This document shows positions 22,581 to 35,710 of a stretch of DNA of 64,000 nucleotides, in pieces. Below the pieces are notes generated by a model. That model was not told the DNA's origin. It ran no database searches and saw only the letters and a program-made list of their open reading frames with translations. The first letter of the stretch is position 1; every line of letters begins with the position of its first letter. Position numbers and translations under genes: made by a program. Origin of the DNA: Kondoa subrosea (taxonomy: Eukaryota); contig BCIN01000001.1 of NCBI GenBank assembly GCA_039545335.1, positions 1,038,604 through 1,102,603 of the forward strand, read 5' to 3'.

Positions 22581-25500
22581 ATGCAGTACATCGTGCCCTC
22601 AGTCGAAGCGACATCCATCTTACACGCTCTCAAGACTGACTTTCATCAGCAAGGTAGCGATGAACTCATCGTCTGTAAAGGTGGAACTCGGCTAGAATTC
22701 CATGCTCTCGATCCTACTGGGCTGCGTGTGATCGAAGAGGTGCCAATCTATGGTACTATTCTGTCTATACGCGCTGTCAAACTGCCCGAGCGGTCTACAT
22801 CAAGTTTGGCTATCCTGCTTGCTTCCTATCGATTCTTCCTTCTGTCCTACTCAGTAGACCAAGGTCGTATCGTAACTGATGCCTCAGCCGATTTCACTGA
22901 AACTGCAGCTGCTCGGCCGGCTGATTTGCTCACTACCATCTTACTCGATCCATCTTCTCGTTTCATTGGCATACACGCTTACAATGGTCTCTTCCGTATC
23001 GTTCCTCTGCCACAACCGTCAACCTCTTCTAGCAAACGTAGGAAATCAACCACGACATTGATGGACGATGAGTTGGATCTCGATCGATCATACAACATCC
23101 GATTAGCAGACTACAATGTACACGCTCTTGTCTTGTTAAATATCAACGACATACCTACATTATGTATTCTTCATGATGATGCGAATGGCGACAAGATACT
23201 ACGTACAAGACAAATCTTGCTTGGTGAAAAAGATTTTTCGGAAGAGGAAATACAAGAGTTTAGAATAGAAGATGAAGGATCCAACATGCTGATTCCAGTC
23301 AATGATGAAGGTGTGGTGGTCATTGGTGAAGCGAGAGCGGTGTATATTCCTTTGGACGAGAAAGATGAAGCGGAGTCGCCGGCCAGAAAGGGAAAAGGCA
23401 AACGAAGGGCCTCGGAAATCAGTGTTACTTCTGCTGGAGGATCCAATTCTTCACCTTCAAACAAAATGAAGAGAAAACGCGTGGAAGAGCGACTGCCGCT
23501 TGAAGTGTACAAGGCATTTATCAAGATTGATGAAGGCGAACCGGATCGATATTTACTTGGTGATGTGCATGGTCTTCTACATAGCTTCATTGTAGTACGG
23601 AATGCAAGTAGTCAAGTCGTCGGTATGGAGGTAGCTGAGATTGGTCAAGTAAGAATATACTTCTGAACTTATAGCAAGACGCAGCTTACATCTCCCACCA
23701 GATCTCCTCTCCTGAAGCTCTGGTCTATCTATCGAACGATTTTCTGTTCATTGCTTCGCACTATGGGGATTCACAGCTTGTCAAGCTGCCGTCGGCTTCT
23801 ACTGCCTCAATGGATGTTGATTCTTCTTTCGACAATGGTATCCAAGTCATCGATAGCTTCACCAATCTAGCACCTATTTCTGATTTCTGTGTTGTCGAAT
23901 CGAAAGTTGGTGGTCCTACTCAAATTGTCACATGCTCTGGCGCGTACAATGACGGCAGTCTGAGAATTATCTCAAATGGAGTCGGCATGTCCGAATTGGC
24001 TACTCTAGATGTTCAAGGGCTGCAGAGGGTCTGGAGTCTTCGAAAATCTGGTTCAGAGTGAGTCCTTCGGATCACGCTCCTCCTAGACACACCCTGAAAT
24101 TAGGCAGATCCGATGAATTGCTGATACTATCTTTCGTTGACACTACTCAAGTACTGACATTTGCCAATGCAGAAGAAGGACCAGAAGCAGTAGAAGAACT
24201 TCCTGGCTTCGATCTCACCCTACCTACGCTGGATGCTTTCGTTTTGCCTTCGACTGGAGCCATATGTCAAATCACAAAGAAAGGTATTACTGCTTCTGAT
24301 GGTCAGAGGCTCTGGCGAGACGAGTGGAAAGAAGTCACTGTTGCTGTGCATGAAGGCGGATTTGCTGCTATCGCATCAGTTGCTGGAAAAATTGACCTGA
24401 TTAGCTTGGCAGACGGGAAGCTTGAAGTTCTCCAGTACGTCCAAGCTTGACTGATTGGCATCGGCTTATAATGGCCAACGTTTAGAACTGCTACTCTGCC
24501 GCAAGAAATCTCTTGTCTCGCGATGCACACCATACCCGGTTCAGGCAAAATCGTCATTGCTGCTGGACTATGGACAACGCAAGAAGTCGTTCTTCTTGAA
24601 AGCTCGCCCTCTGCTAGTCTGCCCATCGTTGCTACTATCCCACTCAACACCTCCTTCCTCATCCGTTCAGCCCTCATTGCGACGTTTAAAGATCGTACCA
24701 CTATGCTCTTTGTCGGTATAGGCGACGGCACTCTGGTCACATACGCTTTGCAAGCAAATGCAAATGGTATATCTCTGAATGATGGGAGCAAAAAGACAGC
24801 GGCTCTCGGCACCAAACCTATCGTTCTGGCTTCATTCAATATCAATGATGACGTAAGCGTCTTTGTCAGCAGTGACAGACCCACTGTTGTCAGCCGGACG
24901 AATGGACGAATGAATTTCGCCAGTATGGCATTAAGTGTAGGTTTTGGGCTCGCTTGCTGAATGCAGGTGCTTAGAGTTCTGAATTTTTAGGGAATTACCG
25001 CCGTTACATCATTTAATGCTGCAGCCTACGAAGATAGTCTGGTCATGGCTTCTGCGACGGAACTACGAATTGGTCGGATAAATGAAGTTCAAAAAGTACA
25101 AATCAAAACCATCAAACTGGAAGAACATCAGCCTCGACGTATTGCACATGCTCCGGGACTTTCTGCCTACGGAGTGGTCTGCCTGAAAGAAACTTTCAAT
25201 CATTCTACCGGGGTAGAAGAACGGACGAGTTCGTTCAAGATAATCGACGAAGAGTCTTTCGAAGGTGAACTCTGTCAATATCAGACCACAAACAGGTAAA
25301 GCTGAACTTCTTTGGTCAGTTCTACTTGATTTCGATTTCGAAGAGGAAGAACAAGGACTTTCAGTTTCGGTGCTGACAGTCGGAGATGATGGAGCAGAAA
25401 GTTTTGTCGTTGGTGCTGCTACTATCCTGCAGAGCGAGATACAAGCAAGAAGAGGTCGAGTTCTGCTATGGCAACAACAAGACACGGGCTTCGAACAAAT

Positions 25501-26494
25501 AGCCGAATACGATGCAAAAGGCTCACCCTATGCACTTGCTCAACTACCGCACGGTCGGTTGGCTGTTGCTATTAATGCTCAGGTAAGCGTCTGCGAGATA
25601 ACTTTAGAGGGTGTGTAGCTAACGATCGCTCCAGGTGCATATTCTCGAGAAAACACAAGATCACACTTTCGAACTGCTTGCAAAATGGGGCGGAACCTTT
25701 ATTGCCACCAGTCTCGTTACATCTCATGATCAGCTGATTGTCGGCGATGCTCTTCGCTCTGTCATTGTTCTTAAAATATCTGAAGATGGGCGCAAACTCA
25801 TTGAAATCGCTCGAGAGAACACGGCCTATGGAATCATGAGCGTCCAGGCGCTGCCAAACGATAGCTATATCGCAGCAGATCAAGATTTGAATCTATTCAC
25901 TATGACTCAGAGCGTAGTTGCACCGGACAGCAAAGATCTGGTACTCAAACCTGCCGGTCTCTTCCATTTGGGCGAAATGGTCAATCGAATCCTGGTCGGC
26001 TCCCTGCTACCCAAATTCGCCCAATCTACAGAAGATGTCAAGGGTCAACTCATTTATGCTACTTCGAGTGGAACTTTGGGCGTTATCGTGGATCTCAAAC
26101 CAGAATCTGGTCAATTGCTTTATGAATTGCAGAGAAATATGCGTCGTGTAATTAAAGGGGTTGGAGAAATCGAACAGCAGGAGTAAGTGCTTTGCTTATT
26201 CTACCGTTGATATGCATTGACACTCGATTTAGCTGGCGAAGGTTTCAATCCGAGTTCAGATCATTGGAGTCCGTCGCTTTCGTGGACGGTAGCTATGTCG
26301 AGAGATTTGCGGACCTCACGCCTGAAGAGGTCGAAGCTGTTTTGGCTGGTGGTAGTGAAGGTACGTGCTTTGTGCTTCTGATCGCGGAAGATAATTCACT
26401 AAATTGCCCTCTTTTGGCGACCCTAGCTGAACGTATCGCTGTACCTAAGGAAGCTGTACTGAGTCTCTTGGAAGAATGCGAAAGATTGCATTGA
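22581..26494 (+). CDS. DDB1: DNA damage-binding protein 1 (CUL4 adaptor)
   Basis: PIYGTI, RYLLGD, SHYGDSQLV, FTNLAPISDF, IVTCSGAYNDGSLRI, SDRPTV, VGDALRS, FHLGEMVN, FVDG. Confidence 0.93.
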
Positions 26495-27097
26495 TTCTTC
26501 ATAGAATCTTTTGTATTGATTTGTCAAAATAGCATGTAATTCACATTGGAAGATGACTTCTGCTTCTGTCCTAGCATACTTCTCATAGCTATCTGTATAA
26601 CAGCTCTGCCGTGCAGGTGCAGCATGGCTTTGACGAAGAGCGAGGATACCAAGCAAGCCTTTGTCTCGTCCAACAACCAGAAAATCAGGAGGCCTGGGCA
26701 TCAGCCGTGACCCAGTGACTAGAGCTTTTTCAGCACTCTTCTCACGATACAATCATCTTCCAGGCCTTTGTCTGTAGTCTAACCAGAAATCCAACTGGGT
26801 GTTCTCGCTTGAGCTTGTTATTAAGGTGCAACCGTAACTTTAACCATTCGGATTCTGCTGCTGCTAGAATCCACCTCATATCACTGCACAATTCGCGCCT
26901 TCCGCAAGCAACAGTTTGGTGTCGTGGCAGTAGGAGAAGGGAACGCGACTGCAACATTGCGCATTTTTAGTTGGAGGGTGTTCAGAGCTTTCAAGGAGTA
27001 AACGACTCTCGTTGGACGTGTCTGCACGAAATTGCTGCAAAGTAAGCAGCACCACTGGTCCGCCTATTGACGACTATTGAATCATAGAGATCTCCAG

Positions 27098-30000
27098 ATG
27101 AATGCCTTCGACCAGAATCCCACACAGACACAGCAAAGCCAGCAGCCTGAAGCGAGCACATCTTATCAAAGCCGCGAAAGACCGCCGACTCCTGCGAGGA
27201 AACACTATTACAACGCGTCTGCTGACTCTTCTCCTTCTTCCCTTCAATATGCTGCAGTATCGCCCGATGCCAGCTTCGAGCAACAAGACTATGCCGAACA
27301 ATCAGATACTAGCTCCCTTCGCTCTTCTGCTTCTTCTTCCTCTTCTCGAGCTCAGCAGCAACAGAACAAGCAATCCATATTCGATCCGATCATGCATGCT
27401 GTCTCGCTGCTGAAGAGAGCTACGGAAGCCAACAGAGTCTCGCACTTCCAGCCTGCAACTGCCTGCGTTATCTCCTCTATAAGATCGGCTCTTTCTGTTA
27501 CCGATTGTCTGGCCAAGGAATCTCAAGTGCTCAAGATGTTCCCTGTTCTCGCTAAAGAGCGCAGGCAAATACTTTCAGCATTAGCAGTCCTGGTCGCGCA
27601 AGCTAGGAAAGCATCAGGCTTTACCGGTCAAGAGGAGGAACGCTTTCGTGAAGCTGCTGTTTTGTCCGATCTTGCAGAAGGCGTGTCTGAACATGTGCAG
27701 CGGTTCAGAAGCGTGCTAGATCAATGCGGATTACTGGAGGAAGATAGAGTTATGTCTCCTGCGCCCACTGAAGACCCTTCCTTCTCATTTTCAAGGTCAA
27801 CTTCTCCTCACGAAAACAAGTTACATAAAGCAAAAAGTCTTGGAGACATATCAAGTCGCAACCGCAATAAATCGCTTCCTCGGGAACCTTTCCCCGAACA
27901 TCTTGCTCTGCACTCACGAAATCAAGTACCTCCTATACCTTCGACTTCTTCCGGCTTTCCTTGGAGCCATCAAGATAGGCAACCTCCCGCTCGTTCACCG
28001 ACGTGGACGAATGTCACCGAAATGGATACGACAGCTATCACGCATGCAGCAACCGTTACTCACGATGCTCTTCTTTCAACAGTGGCAGCTTTCATAGGTC
28101 ATGTACATGCTCATTCGCGCTCAAGTCATTCTTCAAGTCATGCACACCTCATTGATATGACAAGAGAAGCATTGGAAACCCTACGAAAGATCTTCGTCTT
28201 GGTTGAATCAGTTTGCCAACACCGATATTCTGAAGCTCAATCCGCTTCGCCGAAACTAGCTGCTCTGGACAAGACAAGGGAAGCTCTATATGATGCTACT
28301 GCTACTTTGGTTACCGAAGTTCAACGTGCAACAAGTCCCCCAAGCGAACTTGAGATGGCGCAAGCGAGTGAAGAAGAGGAGCATCAGGATTTGCTACAAG
28401 CAGCAACGGTTGTACTGCGGACGGAGAACGAGTGCTCAGAAGCTCTACAACGATGTCTACGCAGAAGAGATACCAGGCTTGAAGTCTATCAATTGGTTGG
28501 TCGACTTTCTTCACCTCCCCCTCAAACACCTGGTCCGGCTTCGCGAGGCGGCCTCAATCCATTAGAACACGACTTTCTTTTGCGACCCAGACTAACACAA
28601 ACGGTGCTACAACAGACAACTGCCCGATTGCAGCCTGTTCCAGAAAGTCGACGAGCTGCTTCTGAGCCATCTTCAGCTGTTCCGGGTGGTCTTCTGGCAA
28701 GGCGTGGCATCACAACTCCGACCCCGCTGGTGCTTCGTGATCGAAGTTCAAGCATGTCATCTGTCTCCGCCAGTACAGTAACTAGTTTGCAGCCACGGAG
28801 CTCGAGTGATGCTAATTCAGTCGGACGCTCTTGCTCACCTGCGCCTTACTCTGGTGCACACAGCGAAAGTATGAGCAGGCAAAGTTCAGCTCGATCAACA
28901 AGTTCAGCAGCAACTTCCCTATTCTCTCCAGTTTCAGAACACAGCGCCGATACTTCGCCTCGCTCTTCTGTGACTGATGAGCAAAATAATCTGTCCACAG
29001 AAGATGTCATGGCCCTAGCCGCGTCACGATCGTATCAGCCTCGCGAAATCAGTTTCAATTCCGATGGACAAGTCGTAGCTGGAACGATTCGCAGCATAGT
29101 GGAACGAATGACTCTACCTGATACAACTACCGATCCAGTCTTTGCGGCCACTTTCTTCCTTACCTTTCGAATGTTCTCTTCTCCTGCGGAAATCACGGCT
29201 GGTTTACTAGCACGCTTCAATATGCCTTCTCCTGCCAACCTGCCAGAAGATTGTGAAGCATTCAAGCTTTGGCGCGACACCAAGCTTATTCCTGTTCGAC
29301 TCAGGGTCTTCAACATATTCAAAACCTGGCTGGAAACGCATTGGCATCCGCTAACTGACAGTGTTATCTTGGAACCGCTGCTAGAATTCACGCGCAGAAC
29401 TCTCAGCCAGACAATGTCTTCGGCTTCTGCTCGCTTGTCTGACCTGATATCACGCAGATCCACTCGCGACTACAACTCTTCATACAGTTCACGCGCAATG
29501 GTCAGAGCACATTCTGGCAATCGCTCAAGATCTGGCAAACCTGCTGTGGATGGCGTACCTCTGCCTAGTTCGCCAATGGTCTCCGGACCAAACTCAACGC
29601 AACACTTCCCTTCTGCTCCTCCGCCAAATCCTAACATGACCAAGAATCTTCTAACTCTGCTTCGCACTGCACCTTTTTCTACTATCTCCATTCTCGAATT
29701 TGACGCATTAGAGTTGGCTCGACAATTCACCATAATGGAATCCAGGATCTACTGCGCTATCCAACCTTCCGAACTCCTCGGATTGGGCAAGAAGCCGGGG
29801 TGCAATACAGCTTCTAATGTCAAGGCCATGAGTTCTCTCAGTACTCGAATCACTGGATGGATCAGTGAGCTGATACTGGACGAGCAAGACGCCCGAAGGC
29901 GAACACATATGCTCAAATATTTCGTCAAATTGGCCGATGTGAGTCTTCGCTCGTTGATTAAAGGTGGTGAACCTGACATTCTCCCAGAAATGCTACTCTC

Positions 30001-30580
30001 TTCGCAACTATAATACTCTTGTGGCAGTTTTAGCTGCGTTGAACTCATCGACAATCGCTCGACTGAAAAAGACTTGGGATGGTCTCGCACCAAAATATCA
30101 TGTCATCTTGGAGAATGTCCGCAAAGCAACAGAGCACAGTCGAAATTATGCAGAATATCGAAGTCAACTACGAACTGCTCAGCCTCCAGCTCTACCCTTC
30201 TTGGGCTTGTATTTGACCGACCTGACTTTCAGCTTCGAAGGCAATCCGTCGCACCGTCCTTCGCCTATGGACTCTTCGCTGCGGTTGATCAACTTTGATC
30301 GATATGTAGTATGTTGCGTTCATCTATAAACCTTACACGCGACTAAGAGAGATAACGCAGAAAATGACAAAGATAGTCAACGATATGCAACGCTTCCAAG
30401 TTCCGTACAATTTCTTTGAAGTGCCCGAGATGCAAGTTTGGCTGAATCAATCACTTCAGAGCGTTCAGGTAAGCTCGGTCACTTCGTTCCTAAATTCATC
30501 TCATTCCTGTTTCACAGTCTGGAGGAGACGTAGATCTGTTGTATAGACGATCGCTAGTATTAGAGCCCAGGGCTCAGTAA
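27098..30580 (+). CDS. Ras guanine-nucleotide exchange factor (REM + CDC25 domain); upstream intron ~27042-27097, so the start may lie further 5'
   Basis: FFLTFRMF, VRLRVFNIFKTWLE, LELARQFTIME, LRNYN..ALNSSTIARLKKTW, RNYAEYR, LPFLGLYLTDLTF..GNP, INFD. Confidence 0.92.
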
Positions 30581-30825
30581 TCTCTTCTCCTTTTGGGTGT
30601 ACAGTAGGTAGAGATCACGATTGTTAAGAAGCTTGTTGTAACATTGTTCAGTCATTGGCATACAAGTGCAGGATTTCGATTACATGTATACATCTATCAG
30701 CAGCCTATGTCCGTCTCTTACAACTCTCGGTTCCTGCCTGGCGGATCAGCGAAAGGATCTTGCTCTACTTTCCAACTCCTTGCCAAGGCAGGAGGAAATG
30801 TTGCCAGCGCAAAATCGCTTGTGCT

Positions 30826-33144
30826 TCATGTATTTCCTGATCTTGAGGGGGATTGAGGAACAGCCTTCTGTCGCGGTCGCCAGCGACATAGACCAGCGAG
30901 TCGCTGTTTAAATGATCCCTGCCTTTCTTGGAAATACTTGTCTTCTTCGGCGGTTGCAGAAATAGCTCCGATCAAGCCACACACGAGCACGATCGAGTAG
31001 AGGAGAAGAAATGCTAGTGCGATCCATCTTTGCTGTCTGAGAATCTTCTCGTAACCGTCGTAAATTCTGTTGACCAAAGATTCACCAGCTGATTCTTCTG
31101 GCGATCCCACACTCTGGATTGAATTGGCGAAAGCGCTTGTATCATCCGGAGAGAGATGTAAGATGTCGTCAGACAAACGAGGAAGTGAGAGATGCGCATG
31201 TTCATTGAGGAAAGTCAAGGCTTTGGTCGCAGCCTCCACCTTGCTGCCAATAATACAGGCAACCACTCCTTGTACTATTGTGTTGAGCGGTGTAGAGCCA
31301 AAGATGTTCGAGAGTTCGGTCGTAAATTCGGTATAGAAGGCGTTTATTGTAGTATTCAAGATCGTGGTCGAAGAATTGACGAATCCGAAGACATTCTGAT
31401 CAAGTTGTGAGCTAAGTCCAAGTAAGCAACGAAAGAAGTCTTACGGTGTTCACGTCCAATTCGAAGGCAGCAAGATGAGCATTTGTTGCAGCAGAATACT
31501 GCGAGCTAGAGTTTCCGATGGCAGTGTTGAGTTGCTGGAGGATGGATGATTGAACATCCGCCAATCCTGCATTGGCAGTGTCAACGCCATGAGCTCTAGC
31601 AACGCCCAATGCTGCGAATTGCAGTTGTACAACTAGCAGAGCGACCAGTCCAGCTGTGAAAGTAGTGTCAGCGTAACGATCTCTCACGATAGCACGGCGT
31701 ACCGAGAAGAAGGAGCAAAGCTGGAGGATGTGTTATATATGCCATAAACCAGATCGCTCTTGTTTGAAGGGGATCAGACGATCGGAATCTGGGTAAGATG
31801 TGTAGAAGTTTGTGAAGATATGAGAAAGCCAGAGGTTGCTGATTGTATGTCAAGAAGGCCATCAGAGAGGTAGTTGAAGGAGTCTGCTTATATTCGTAAC
31901 TTGACTTCTCGTTCGGCGAACGACTGGAAGCCATGTCCTTGGTTTGCTCGATGTTATCAATCAAAGACTTGTATCGGATTCTTTCCAGGAGGCAAGAGCC
32001 AGCGATGACAAGGAATAGACCAACACCGACCAGAATAATTGCAATTCGGAGAGTCTTGAGAAAACCTTCGCCAACATCATCAACAAAGCTGGTATCCAGT
32101 TCGTTGCAGAAGGAGACGGTTTGACGAGCCGGAACTGGCAGGAGAGATGGATCCATGGTCGCGTTGGCCATAGAAGACTATCTAGCGCTTAGCGTGGTAG
32201 TCGGATTAGGCGCACTTGAACTTACATTTACTTGTAGCCTGACCTGTTCGAATGGAATAGAGATCACAGCTGCCAATCTGTCCTTCATCTCGTCCATAGC
32301 TATAGGCGGGATCGATAAGCTAAAAGCCACACCAGATGTCGTTCACGCACTGGGCATTGATGAATTCAAGCTAGTCAAAGCAGAAGTAACAGAATCAGGA
32401 AGAGTCAGATTGCTCAGGGCCCCAAGATCTGGCATTGGCAATGTTGGTCTAGATCGGTGCTGGTCAGCGGGCTTTCACAAGTTCCTCTGTATGCACTCAC
32501 GGATCAATGTTCACGCCAGGAATCTTGTTGATGGTTTCCAATGCATCCGAAAGAACTTTGTTGATATCTGTTACGCTACTTTGAATGGTGCTGGCCAGCG
32601 ATGCCGCTGTAGATTCGACCAAGTCTCCAACTAGAGAGAAATCAATCAGTCCAAGCCCAGCCCAAAGAAAGCAAGTCACATACGTGCTTCACTTGCATTT
32701 ATAGCTAGTGTCAATCCCGATCGAACAGCTAGATCCGCCAGACATAGAAAGAGAGATCGATAAAGATCAATAACGAAGATAAGGATTGCTTCTATTGCTT
32801 GTATTGAAATATCAATCATGCTCGCCATGCCTTGAACCATCCTAACAAGAAGGTCATCAGTATTTGTTAAACAGGCAGAATGCTGGAGCTTACGCAGTTG
32901 CTGACTGAGCAGTGATTCTATTGGTTGCAGTTGCCGAATAGTATGGCATGCTGGCAAGAACTGAAGCAGAGCGTTCAGCAGACAAGCAAGAAGCCGCCAG
33001 CTGAAGTTTGGCAGATGTGACTGCTCCATCTATTGAGGACATGGCAGCCAGCAGACCAGCTACGACTATGCTGAGTGGTATAATGATTTGAGACACCCAG
33101 ACCAGAGAGCAGCGGGCTCTCAATCCCAGGTAGGGCTGCAGCAT
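30826..33144 (-). CDS. PRM1: Plasma-membrane fusion protein Prm1 (mating/cell fusion)
   Basis: PYLGLRARCSLVW, SCLSAERSASVLASMPYY, FVIDLYRSLFLC, SFC, WFMAYITHPPAL, FGSTPL..VVACIIGSKV..ALTFLNEHAHLSLPRL. Confidence 0.9.
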
Positions 33145-34098
33145 TTCAGGTGATTGAAAAGAGGAGAAACAACGGAAGTTATCAAGTGTCTGACAGAGGA
33201 GGAAACAAGAGGGAAGATACAGAGATCAGAACGCACACCGAGCGCAGCACACAATAAGTCAAACACAGGTCTTTTGTCTAAAAAGAACTTTGGAATCTGA
33301 AGGGACAGCAAGCGAATCTGTACCAGTGATTGATAGACTGCTGCATCGCAGAAGAGTGCGAAGTAGATGAGACTGCAATGACAAGCTGGGTCGCTTCCTT
33401 TCGTCGACCGGATTTCGTCAATCGATGTTTGCGCCTTGTTTGCGCTTTTCTTCTTGAACTATATACTGTGACACAGCTTCCTGCAGACCTTCGCGAAAGT
33501 TTTCGGCTGTATCTTTGCACCCAATAGGTAGTTGCCTCAAAAGAGCTTCTGTATCGCTCTGTAATCCTTCGACCGGAGTGGAGATGGGGCCTTTGTTTCT
33601 AGGCTGTCTAGATTACTACTGGCCCGTTATACAGCCTTCCATCTCTTCTCATCATGTCGAGCTTTGACCAGCTCTTGACCAGATTCTCTTTCGCGTAATT
33701 TCGGATTGGTTGCCTAGTCAGTCTTATAGTCTGATACCTCCTGCAAATTGCTCTTCTCTCTCGTGTTGCGCGAAGTACTGTAAGGCGTGTTTAGAGATAT
33801 GCGTCTTTGAAGCTTTTCCGAATAATATTTGAGATCGTGCTTTGCGATTTGAATATGTTGGACATCATACAGCAGCTCAATTATCCTTACGAAGAAACTA
33901 CAGGACGCTGGAACATGAAGGACAGATGACGTCTTCTCTCCGTATTGTTGTATTCTGGACAGAAAAGGTCTTCTACCAAGCTTAAAAACCGATTGTGGGT
34001 CTTGTTCATTGCCTTTCCTCACTCTATCACTCATCACTACTCTTGAATTCAACGCAAGGAAACAATCATATCTCTTTTTCAACTCAACTAAGTCAACA

Positions 34099-34647
34099 AT
34101 GAAAGCTTCTATCCTCTGCCTTGCTGCTGTTGTCGGTCTAGCCCAGGCGAATATCCGCATCAAATCATACACCAACGTAGACTGTCAAGGAGCGGATATG
34201 GGCGTCATTGACATTAGTTAGCAAGTGCTCTAATTCTGCCCAAACTTCCCTTGATTGATCTATATATTAACAGCCTGGCTCCTCGCATGGAGAACGAGCA
34301 GCATGTCGACTTTGGACCCAATGCTCAATCTTATTGGATTGAAGCGGATGCATGTAAGTCTTGATCATTCCTTCAAGAAGTTGGAATTTCTGTGTGGCTG
34401 ACCTCTTGATCTCCTTCTTCTCGGCTTTAGATGAACAGCTGTACACGAGACCTTATGGTGGAGGCTGCGCTGGTTTTACGCCCAATCAACTTGCCCCAGT
34501 TTGCGTCACAGTTCTGCCAGGAGGCGGCCAACCTTACAACGGGTAAGTCGCCTCTTCGGTCTTGTACATCAAGGTTCAAACTGACCCTGTTTGGCATACA
34601 GGTGCAGTGGATCCATTGGTAGCGCTGTATATGGTCGATATTTTTAA
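34099..34647 (+). CDS. Small secreted Cys-containing protein (~119 aa, 4 exons; first intron probably GC-AG)
   Basis: Signal peptide MKASILCLAAVVGLAQA; exons 34099-34220, 34274-34353, 34431-34542, 34602-34647 give ..GGGCAGFTPNQLAPVCVTV..YNGCSGSIGSAVYGRYF*. Confidence 0.65.
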
Positions 34648-35710
34648 TTGGGATTTTTCGTTTTTGTATGTACAACGATATTATATTTTTCTCTGGTACT
34701 CTCATATATAGCTCTGGGTTCCTTTTCTTCTGCTTCTTTGCTGCTCTGGCCTGCCTCTTAAAAAGTGTACGGCCGTGAGATCCTGTCGTTACTTGCGAGA
34801 ATCTGTGCGAAAATTCACTCTTATGCGGCTAAACCTTGGCAAAACTCGATATGCTGCGTTAAGTGTACCATCAGCTTGGAGCAACCCTAGCAGGTGCAAG
34901 AGCTTCAGAAAATCACATTCGTGACAGGAACTTCCCGTAGTCATGATCTCATCTTCTGTTTTTCTTTTTTCGCTTATGTCTCTCGTGCAAAGTGTACAGC
35001 CGCTGAGCAGTTTTTCACAAGGGATTCATTGGAATGCATACAGCAGTGCTCTGACGTACAATTTATCTAGGTAAAGAGAGGGATCGAGACAGCCTGAGGG
35101 AAAAGAAGCTCGTTTCTATCGATTATATCATTCGATTGAAGCCGAGCAAAGGCTGAGCGTAGCGAAAAAGCTCCTTGCTCTTGACGACCTTTAATTTTCC
35201 CACAGCTCTTCAGCATTGGACACGACGCTCTCTGCCTTGACAGTCGCGCGTCTAAATTCAACACAACTGATATTTTTCAACGGACATATCGCATCGTTTT
35301 GACCGCCTCCTCTTTGGCTGCGGCGCATGGTTAATATACCAAGCCCATTCAAGTCAAATAATATTAGGCAGTCTGAAGAGGAACAACTCGCTGTAAGTTA
35401 TCGTGCCACTTCAAAGCTTTGTTTTGCACTTTCCCTCTTCTTTCGACCTACCACTCCGTCTGCCTGTGTCCACCAGGCCTAAACATCGTACGGCGCACTC
35501 AGCCTACACACCAGATAGCATTCTGTTTTGTTCATAAGCTTGGCGCAGCAAAGTAGCGTGCTCAAAGACCAACTTTACATCGATACTCATTTTTTTCGCT
35601 TCCCTTGCCTACAGGAACCACGACCACGTTACGCAACAGTCAATAGCAATTCAAGCTCTTCTTCAGTAACGGCCGCGCCTGCTGAGCCAAGGGCTGCGCC
35701 TATTCACGCC

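Noticed and set aside
26423..26957. Possible small minus-strand gene between DDB1 and the RasGEF
   Set aside because: Intron-like signal present but no recognisable motif, and the ORF overlaps the DDB1 3' end; unsupported.
33330..33900. F-box-like remnant (QLPADL..ELLYRSVIL) upstream of PRM1
   Set aside because: Too short and interrupted by stops to call without a search.
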